NCBI RefSeq assembly: GCF_006345805.1
Contig: NW_021833708.1
Coordinates: 9,209-73,208 of the forward strand
Reading direction: 5' to 3'
From: Octopus sinensis
Lineage: Eukaryota
Length of the DNA: 64,000 nucleotides
The notes under the pieces were generated by a model. The model was not told the origin of the DNA and ran no database searches. It saw nothing but the letters and a program-made list of their open reading frames with translations. The number at the start of each line of letters is the position of its first letter. Positions within the stretch are counted from its first letter, which is position 1. The position numbers and the translations under genes were made by a program. Below, piece after piece: positions 11,201-22,400 of this stretch.

Positions 11201-13775
11201 GTGTATATATATATATGTGTGTGTGTGTTTATATGTATATATGTGTGTGTCTGTGGGTACAGGTATGATATGAACCTCATTTATTTACTCCTCTCCATTT
11301 ATTTACTCCTCTTCATTCCCCCTGTTTATTAATCTGATTCTTTCTCTTTTTCTGAAATTTTTCATTTTTGCGCTGCCCCCCCCCATCCACTTGACGCCAT
11401 CTTTGATGTCTTTATTGTTTATCTTTTTTAGGTCACTCAGCGAAATAATAAAGGTTGGACACCTCTGCATCGTGCCTCGTATAATGGACACACAGACACA
11501 GCTAAACTTCTCCTACAACAAAATGGCACTGATGTGAGGGTGGTAAACAAATATGGTTGTACACCTCTCCATCTTGCCTCGTATAATGGACACACAGACA
11601 CAGCTAAACTTCTCCTACAACAAAATGGCACTGATGTGAGGGTGGTGACCAACGCTGGTTGGACACCTCTACATCATGCCTCATATAATGGACACACAGA
11701 CACAGCTAAACTTCTCCTACAACAAAATGGCACTGATGTGAGGGTGGTGACCAACGATGGTCGGACACCTCTCCATCTTGCCTCTAATCAAGGACACACA
11801 GACACAGCTAAACTTCTCCTACAACAAGATGGCACTGATGTGAGGGTGGTGGACAACGCTGGTCGGACACCTCTACATCTTGCCTCATATAATGGACACA
11901 CAGACACAGCTAAACTTCTCCTACAACAAAATGGCACTGATGTGAGGGTGGTGACCAAAGCTGGTTGGACACCTCTACATCTTGCCTCTAATCAAGGACA
12001 CACAGACACAGCTAAACTTCTCCTACAACAAAATGGCACTGATGTGAGGGTGGTGACCAAATATGGTTGGACACCTCTCCATCTTGCCTCGTATTATGGA
12101 CACACAGACACAGCTAAACTCCTCCTACAACAAGATGGCATCGATGCCAATAAAGTGGACAAAGCTGGTGACACTCCTCTCCATCTGGCAGTTCGAAAGT
12201 AAGTCCCCAATGGATTTGGATTATCCAAATCTGTTTCTTTAATGTTTTCAATAACGTTTGTTTTCTTGTTTTGAGTCATTCATGTCATAATCCCACCATG
12301 GGACGTCGTGCTTCAACTCTCTCTCTCTCACACTCTAATGACACTGTAACCTACTTCATTAATTAATCATCATAATTATTTATGTTGTTGCTGTTGTACC
12401 TGACTAGATTCTTTACTTCATCTCATCCTTCGTTACCTCAACGTTACAAGTTCAAATCTTTCCTTTTTCTTCTTTTCATTCCATATAAAACACCTCACCC
12501 CTCTCTCTTGTAATTTTTCCTCTTTCTCTGACCCTGGGCTAAATACAGAATCATTCCCTTACAGTGTTTAGTTTGATCTGTTTATGTTCCAAGTTCAAAT
12601 CCTGCCAGAGTATTTATTAACAACCTGGAGTGAAAATCTGTACCAGTAATATCCAGGGTTCATTTAATAAATTGTCCTCCCTCTTTTCTCCTGTTTTGTG
12701 ATGTCTGATTGCTGTTGGCAAAATACCTTGTGGTATTTATTTACCACACTTTATGTTCAAAGTTCAATCCTGCTGAGGTCACCTTGTCCTTCCATCTTTG
12801 CTAGGCTAATAAAATACAATACCAGTCATGTACTGGGGTCCTTATAATCCACATTAACGCTTCTCCCCATCCTAAATTTCATGGCTATATAACAGTTGTT
12901 CATCATACCATATATAGATTGCCGTGTTTACTCAGGTGTGTATATATATCGTTGATCTATAATGTAGAGAGTATGTCGAATATACGAGGGGGTACCCAAA
13001 AGTGGCCGGAAACGCTTCTGTAGGGCAAGGCCATTGAAGTTCAGGCTTCTGCTGCTGGAAGCCACTTGATGTGATACTCAGGCATCAGCCTGCCAAGCGG
13101 CATCTTTGAGGATGGTGCTGTTACCATGTGGTGCATCTTTGTTTTGCAGGGCTTCTCCCTTGTTCGAGTTTTGCAATGGCTGAAATGAAGGATCAGCTTG
13201 CTTCCATGAAATTCTGTTTTGTGCTGGAGAAAACTGCAGCCGAAACAGTTGTCATGCTTCAAACAGTTTACAAGGACACTGCCATGATGCCACGAGCAAA
13301 ACACAAAATCAGGAGTGGTTTTCATGCTTTTTAAATGGTCACTTGTCACTTGAGGTCCAACCTCATTCAGGGCAGTTCCAGCACTGCTACAAATAGTGGG
13401 AAACATGTCTGGGTCGATGCATTGCTTCAAATGGGGACTACTTTGACGGTGATAATAGTGTTAATACGTAAAACTAAGCAAAGAAAATAATATTGCAAAA
13501 TTCTGGGTCCTTCTGGGTCCCCACTTCATATATATATATTTATATTAAAGGGTAAAATCATAAATGATTTTTACCAAGTGGTCAGCGCGGAAATATAACC
13601 ACATAGGTAAATTTTTATAAACAATTTATAATTATATACATAATTATAACAAGGGCTTGGCTTGCTCCTCACCACGCACTGAAAAATAGACATCAAAAGA
13701 CACTATTGCCACCATTAATTCTCCGAGAAAAACACAGTACATGTGTTATAATTATGTATATAATTGTATAATGTT

Positions 13776-13808
<33 letters not shown>

Positions 13809-14639
13809 ATATGTAGGATCCAAGGATTGAGACGAGTAGGAGGTGAGCTTTCAGAACAAAAAGGGTTTTATTGGGGTGCAAGGTTGTTGGTTTTTCCCTT
13901 ACCGCATCTTTGTGTTTGAAATGTGCCTCCTATTGACAGTGTAAAACTTGATTTAATCAAGACACCCTTGGTCTGAAGAGTGGCCTGTGGTATACACCTC
14001 GTTTGGATATTTACCAGTTCTGATGTTCCACCTGCTTTGAAACATACGTAGCCAGATTTTATCTTAACTCATATATATATATACACAAATGTATAATGTG
14101 TATTGTGTGTATGTAATTATTGATGTAATTAGGTTATAATGACCTAATTACATTTGTTTTCATTGGTTAATCTAATAATAATAATTGTTTTTCCTCTCCT
14201 CTTTTGTATAACTTTCAGGCAACAATATGGTGTGGTATCGTGATGCTGGCCCAGGTTAGTTAACAAATACATATTATATCCTCTCTCTAGTATTCAATAT
14301 TTATATCATCAAAATACCAGTGAAATTCTGGGAGTAGATTTAATCAACTGCACTGCAGCAGCCTTTAAATAGCAGGTCTTGGGTCTGTGAAGAATAATTA
14401 TGTTGGTAATAACAATGATGATAGTAGTCGTAGTGATAACAGTCCAACTGACCACCACTGCTGATAGTACTATCTTTAATGGTCAGACAAAACAAGATCA
14501 TTATGAATTCAACCCATATATATCAGATTATATATATCATCATCAAACACTCTGCCAAATGCCCATGGGCATATGGCATAGTGGTTAATAGTACAGGCTA
14601 CTAACCCCAAGATTCCGAGTTCAGTTACAGACCGTGACT

Positions 14640-14688
<49 letters not shown>

Positions 14689-16676
14689 CAACAACATTGA
14701 AAAATACCTTTGGAATGAGAACATAGGTTCGAAATTTCCTCGAGACACCTGACAAAGGCTGGAGAGTATATCAGCCGAAACATTGTGTTAACAACAAACA
14801 AGATGAGGACAAATACATCAAATGTAAATAATGTAAATAATGATGATGATCATTTTAGTGTCTGTCCTCATGTTGTGTGTGTGTGTAAATTGTTGGTGTC
14901 TGCATTTTATCTTGTGTCCAATAATTATTTTGCTTCTTGGCTGCTTTTTCCCTCTGCACGTATGTATAAATGTGTGTCTATATATATATTATATATATAT
15001 ATATAATATATATATTATGTATACCCAGAAAGAGAGTTACTCTTGTCAGACACATTGCACACTCAGATTATGCAGCAGAAATAAGTTAAAGGTCCTTGTC
15101 CCCAGCAACTAAGCTAAATGAGGGCATGCTACACACAGTCTCTATTGCTTCATTAATCCATTATCATCAGTACATGATGAATCAACTTCCCTTCTCCTCT
15201 CTCCCTGCCTAACTCAACGGATTAACTACCCTTACTGTATTTGTCTACCTAACTTATTTACCTGTATTTGTATTAACATGGCTTTGCATGAATGCCGGGA
15301 TGCAACACCCTCCACTGTTGGTGGTGACAATACCTGATTAACTCCTCTTTACAGGTATCCATACTAACACCTCTGTGCTAATGCCAGCACAACACCCGCG
15401 TCCAGTGGTATTAGCAAGTGTTACATGAATGATGCAGGATTAAATGCAAGGACAACTGCTAATGACATGCTGGCAGGAAAATGCTAATAACAACCTTTTC
15501 AGATGCTGATAGCTGCAGCCAATGTAGACACAGCACTGTCGATGTAAGCACATGCAACAAGTATCTCGTCTTATGCCCCCCCCCCCCAAAAAAAAAACTG
15601 CCCCTACAAGGTCTGTCAAATGAACTGAAGGGCTACTTCTATGACACTCTTCTGCTGGCCACTTCAAAGATAAATGACCGTGACCTTCGTGGCTGGTGAT
15701 TTCAATGGACGTGTTGGGCGGCACCCAGGTATCTTCCATGGGGTACATGGTGGGACACAGAATTGTGGGAACAAAACCATAGCCACCATGTACACCATGG
15801 AAGCCCCCTGCATGTTGTCCAACGTGCCCATTGAAGTCGCCAGCCACAAAGAGAAGGTCCCTGTCATTCATTGACGAGGTAGTCTGCAAGAGGGTGTCAT
15901 AAAATCAGTCTTTCTGTTCATCAGGTAGCCCTGGCTGAGGGTCATAAGCCGAGATAATGGTTGCTAATCCATGTTGCAGCACTAATCTAAACTTAAGTAT
16001 TCCATCACAGACTCTGACTATCTCGATTACCTTATCAGCCCATTTTCTCTGCAAGAAGTATACTCATGCCCCGACTCCATCAGTGTGCCCTACCCAGAAA
16101 ATCTTATACTTATGTTCTTTGCCTGTGAGGAACCTAGGAGAACTTCCTCTCCACTTCTTGGATGCAGCACAAATCTACACGTCTCTGTTCAAGCATGTTA
16201 ACAATCTCAGCAGACCTACCTTTCAGTGTGCCGACGTTGAGAGTACACCTGAGGGTGTTGAAGGTATGGTCCATGAGACCTGGGGGTGGGGGACAGCAGC
16301 ATCATGTACCTGAAAAAGAAAGCTTTGCATTTGGCAGAACCCAAAAATACAATAGTCTTCAACCTGCAAACACTACACCATCATTTTATGCACTACATTA
16401 CATAGGAGATAACCCTATATATATAAATATATGTATATATATTAAATTATAAAATGATATATATTAAATCAAAATGTGGGTGAAAATTGGATATAATTTA
16501 ATAAAACATCATTTAAGACCAGTGGTCTAGCGTATAAAAAATGAGATTCAGTAAATGATTTTCTGGAGAAATAATTCTTAGTGGTTGAGACCTATGTGGA
16601 TCTCTTTTTAGCGCAACGGCTTCCACATAGTGGTTCCCTCATATTTATGTATAAAATACTATTTACTGAATCTAAG

Positions 16677-16711
<35 letters not shown>

Positions 16712-17707
16712 TTATGTATGTATGTATGTATTGGGATTGTATCACCAATTATTATGACATGATACTGTTTACACTATAACCTTGTAGTAACAATAAAACA
16801 TATTACGGATCAGGGTAACAACAACAATCCATACACAAACCAACAAACAATGAAAACAACACCTTACGACTTCCTGCAATTAACACCTACTCTCTCTGGT
16901 CTCTCACTCAGACTGCTACTATTCATAGTCGTTCAGTCAAGTCTGTTCTTGCATGGGTTCTTGTGACTCTCGCCACAACATGTAATCGAGTCCAGGACTT
17001 ATATTTTGTAAGCCTAGTACTTATTCTGTTGATCCTTTTTGCCAAATCGCTAGCTTACGGGGATGTAAACACACCAGCATCGATTGTTAAGCAATGTTGG
17101 GAGGACAAACACAGACATACAAACACACACACACACATATACGATGGGCTTCTTTCAGTTTTTGTCTACCAAATCCACTCATAAGGCTTTGGTCAGCCCG
17201 AGATGATAGTACAAGACACTTGCTCAAGGTGCTATGCAGTGGGACTGAACCCGGAATCATGTAGTTGGTAAGCAAGCTATTTACCATAGCCACTCCTGTA
17301 TAAAAAGCACCATCCATTCTTGGCCGTTGCCAGCCTCGCCTGGCCCCCGTGCCAGTGGCACGTAAAAAGCACCATCCGTTCATGGCCGTTGCAAGCGCAG
17401 CCCCGACTGGCCTCATGCCAGTGGCACGTAAAAAGCACCATCCGTTTGTCGCGTTGCCAGCCTTGCCTGGCCCTCGTGCCAGTGGCACGTAAAAAGCACC
17501 ATCTGTTCGTGGGCGTTGCCAGCCTTGTCTGGCACGTAAAAAGTACCCACTACACTCATGGAGTGGTTTGGCGTTAGAGGGCATCCAGCCGTAGGAAACA
17601 TTGCCAGATCAAACTGGGCCTGGTGCAGCCTCTGGCTTCCCAGACCCCAGGAACCGTCCAACCATGCTAGCATGGAAAGCGGACGCTAAACGATGATGAT
17701 GATGATG

Positions 17708-17747
<40 letters not shown>

Positions 17748-19368
17748 TAGCGTAAAAACTCATAAGAGAAAAAATTTCGAAAATATTATTTCTTATTGAA
17801 CATATTAATTTATATATAGAGGGCATAATTATAATACATGCCAGGAGGCATTAATATACTTGCCAAAGCTAAGAGGGACAATCAGTCATTTCTACCAAAA
17901 ATATTACTAATCCACCCGAATGCAACTTTTCAAAGTAAGACATTTAAAAATATAGGCCTGTATCACAGTGATTTCATACTTACGTAATCATCAGAAGGCT
18001 GAATGTATTATAAATAAACAACGACCCTGCCTCGCTTAAGCCGAACAGCAACTGATCACATCAACGAAGCACATGGGTGAGTTTATATATATTACATCCG
18101 GGTGAATGGCAAACTTTACAAAATTGCATTTCGGGAGAGGAAAGTTTTTCGGATAAAAATTTGCAAGAAGGACAACTACTTAATAAGGAAAACTTAACAA
18201 GTAATTTCAGGTAGATAGCGTAAAAACCTCATAAGAGAAAAAAAATTTCGAAAATAATTATTTCTTATTGAACATATTAATTTATAATGAGGGCATAATT
18301 ATACATAATGCCAGGAGGCATTTATATATACTGGCCAAACGCAAGAGGGACAATCAGTCATTTCTACCAAAAATTTACTAATCCCACCGATGCAACTTTT
18401 CAAAGTAAGACATTATGCCCTCTATATATAAATTAATATGTTCAATAGAAATAATTATTTTCGAAATTTTTTCTCTTATGAGGTTTTACGCTATCTACCT
18501 GACAATTTCTTGTTAAGTTTCCTTATTAAGTAGTTGTCCTTATTGCAAATTTTTATTCCGAAAAAACTTTTCCTCTCCCGAAATGCAATTTTGTAAAAGT
18601 TTGCCATTCACCCGGATGTAATATATGAAAACTCACCCATGTGCTTCGTGTGATGTTGATCAGTTAGCTGTTCGGCTTAAGCGAGGCAGGGTCGTGTTTA
18701 TTTATAATACATTCAGGCCTGCTGATGATTACGTAAGTATGAAATCACTGTGATACAGGCCTATATTTTTAAATGTCTTACTTTGAAAGTTGCATTCGGT
18801 GGGATTAGTAATATTTTGGAGAAATGCTGATTGTCCCTCTTAGCGTTTGGCACGTACATATAATGCCTCTGGCATGTATGTATAATTAGGCCCTTATATA
18901 AATTAATATGTTCAATAAGAAATAATATTTCGAAATTTTTCTCTTATGAGGTTTTTACGCTATCTACCTGACAATTTCTTGTTAAGTTTCCTTATTAGTA
19001 GTTGTCCTAATTGCAAAAATTTTATTCCGAAAAAACTTTCCTCTCCCGAAATGATTTGTAAAGTTTGCCATTCACCCGGATGTAATATATATAACTCACC
19101 CAGTGCCCTTCGTTGATGTGATCAGTTAGCCTGTTTCGGCTTAAGCGAGGCAGGCCGTGTTATTATAATACATTCAGGCTGGCGATGATTACGTAAGTAT
19201 GAAATCACTGTGATACAGGCCTATATTAAATGTCTTCTTGAAAGTGGCATTCGGTGGATTAGTAATATTTTGGTAGAAAATGAGATGTCCCTTTAGCGTT
19301 TGGCAAGTATATATCATGCCTCCTGGCATGTATGTATAATTATGCCCTCTATATATAAATATATATAA

Positions 19369-19416
<48 letters not shown>

Positions 19417-22400
19417 CTCACTTCCATAACATTCATGTATATGTGTGTGTATGTACAGGAATGTTAAGGATGTGGACACTAACCAACTCACCTGTTTTAT
19501 GAACCCCTTATTAATATAGCAACATCATAATTCTTCTTTACTAGTTTTGATCTGCTAATTATATGTTCACTCTTGTTCTGCTCCCCTAAAATTTTCTATA
19601 GTGAGAGATAAATATAGATTAGGCTGAAACAATCTGTTTAAGACCTCTTAATAGATTTATCATGTCCCTTACACATATCCCATGTACATTTTCAATTTCT
19701 ATTTTTACTTCCACAAAGGATTCAGTGAAACTGGATATTGAGAATCATAAGAAAATGACACCATTGATGGAAGCCGTGTCCAGGGCCCACCTCGGAATTA
19801 TCCATAAACTTATTATAAATGGTGCAAACATAAATGCTGTCGACAATGATGGCAATAATTGTTTGCACCTCTCAATAATAAAGAAAGAGATGTTCCATTC
19901 TGAGGTGGAACCCATTCCCATTTTAGATGAGGTAAGTTTTAAAAATTGTTTGTGAATATGTGTGTGTTGTTGGCATTAGGAAGGGCATGCAACCGCAGAG
20001 ACTATGCCAAAACTGGCAATTGGTGCCTGAGCAGCTCTGCAGCTGCCCAGCTTCTGCCAAACTATCCAACCCATGCCAGCATAGAAAACGAATGTAAAAT
20101 GATGATGAGGAGGATGTGTGTATGTGTGAATGAGAGAGAGAGAAAGAGAAAAGGCAGACATTGTTTGCTATTTTCTTTCACTCCCATCCACTTCTCTTCC
20201 TTTAGTATTAAATAATTCAGTTTCTCCTGATAGCACTAGTTGTATTATGTAACTAACAATATTCCATCTTCTTTCACCTTCAAAAGCATGGCCACTCCAC
20301 TGTAAAGAAGGTAACCCATCTTAAATATGTGTCATGTAAACACTGCCATAACTGTATGAAGGAGAGGTGACCAACGACAGAGATAAGTCTTTAAATTTAA
20401 GAAAGAGAAATTCACAAACTGTTTTAAATATCGAATTTCAAGTTAAACGAGTTGAACTGTGTTAATTGCTCTCTGAACTTTGCCCTGCTTAATCTTATTC
20501 TAGCAGCTATGCTCTTGGCGCATCCACCTCCACTACTGACTTGATTACCTAGATAACAGTAGCTATCAACTACTTCTAGGTGCATATATATATATATATA
20601 TGTGTGTGTGTATGTGTTTGTTTGTTTGAAAGACCTCAGCATCTATCCACTGCTAGATCTGATGGTGTTTATTGTCTATTGTTGCAGAATTTAAGCAGCT
20701 CTTTGATTCCCAAATATGTAACTGTCACTACAGATGTGTGACTGTATTTCAGACAGTTGATGGTCACCTATGTATTGTTGTAATGTCTTCTTTGGTGAGA
20801 AGAAGCTACTCGAGAAGTCAACGACCCATTATTATAGGAATTGTCTATCAGACTAACAGTTTCAACAATTTCTTGACTATAATGTGTTGGTGTGTTGCCT
20901 CAACCACCACACCAATCTTTACTTCACTTCATCAGCCAAAAATGTTTCTTTATAAATTTTGGAAACATTATTGATATGCTTGGATATGTCTGTCTGGTGT
21001 TGGTTTTGTTGCTGTGTCTGAAGAAATTATTATGTTCTTGGTGTTCTCTGTTCATTGTTTGTTGTTATGGAAATGAGTTGCACTTTGTGACCAGTGAAAC
21101 GTTTCCCAATCAATATTTGGATTATCGAAATTACCAGTAGGAAAATATGGGGGACTGCTTTCATAGATGCAGATCTGAAGATGTCAAAAATCTGAGTTTT
21201 GATGGCAGTTTTGCAGATGGTAAACAAATTCAAATAGGAGTATATATGTTGTTAAGAAAATACTTCTTGTTGTGACCAGTTAAAATCTCCACAAGGAATT
21301 ACAGAAGATCTTGAGTGATCATAGACCATCAGACGACCCCCATGGTAATTAAAATGGCCTTTGTGTAACAAAATGTAGCTTGCCATTGTTTGTTGTTATG
21401 TTGTTGTGCTATATTTATATATACAATACTCTTCCATAAGTATTTCTTTTGTTATGGCCAATTGGCTTTATCAAGCCAGTTGTAAAGATAGGTTCTTGTT
21501 GGTTTGTTGTGCTCTGTTATTTGTGATACTTGTTCCATTATATTTCCTACATTTGACATGATTTGTTTATCTACAATATATATTTGTGTAATATTCTACT
21601 CATCGTTTTATATTTCATCATTTGCAGTGCTGCAGAGAGCTCCAACTGGACATGGATAGGAGGCTCTCTGGAATAGTAGTTTTGAGTTACCTTGCCAGCC
21701 AAGGAGCCAACTTATACCATCGTAATAAGAAGAAGAAAGTGACCCCATTGGACTACATAAAAGATCAACATGTGAAAGAAAATTTAAAAACATTTTTACA
21801 ATCACTGTAAGTACTCACTGGCAATGCCAAGATACACCAGGACATTTTCTCTTTTGTATATAATCATGTTTATATGTTTATTTAGTTTGAATTCTCCCAA
21901 TGTATTATTCCGTCATTAGTGTCTTGACTCAAGATAACAATAATGATTCTCTTTCTTGACCACACAGCGATGATCATAGCAAGCTAAGAATTCTCATTTC
22001 ATTTCTTCCGACTCTTGTACTACATACATACATTTGCCGCTAACCCTTAAATGTTTGAATCTATTCACTAATTCTGCTTGTTCTTATGGTCCCCCACAAA
22101 ATATAACCCTTTAATTTGTTTAACCCCTCGGTACCAAGTTAATTCGTTCGTTACTCTGTTAATTTCTTCAAACCCCGATTGCTTAAGTCTTATCACTACC
22201 GTCCCCAATCAAAATCTTCGCCGCCCGCCATTCGCGGTTCGCCCGCCCTTTCCCACCCCCACCACCCATACTGGAGAACACTCTGTTTACACCATCCTCA
22301 CCGGATATCCCCTCTACCACCGCCACCACTACGTGTGTCTGTTCCTCCTACCCCTCCTCCTCAATATACTTTCTCACTATGTATTTACCCCTGCCTCTCT

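Noticed and set aside
11453-12166. 102-bp repeats with variable segments superficially like a CRISPR array or DGR target
   Set aside because: Eukaryotic spliced exon with in-frame ankyrin coding and no unique spacers. Variation is not adenine-specific and there is no template repeat or DGR-type RT; the nearby RTs are LINEs.
11453-12166. A/G differences between repeats (CAT/CGT, AAT/GAT, AAC/GAC) suggesting A-to-I recoding
   Set aside because: These are genomic differences and many other changes are not A/G. RNA editing cannot be inferred without RNA data.
11534-12202. ORF track suggests a stand-alone 222-aa ankyrin protein
   Set aside because: Bounded by a good acceptor (11431) and a GTAAGT donor (12199) in phase with neighbouring exons; it is an internal exon.
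14570-14640. Possible tRNA gene
   Set aside because: B box is degenerate and there is no full cloverleaf or acceptor stem; interpreted as a SINE head, like the other tRNA-like heads in the window.
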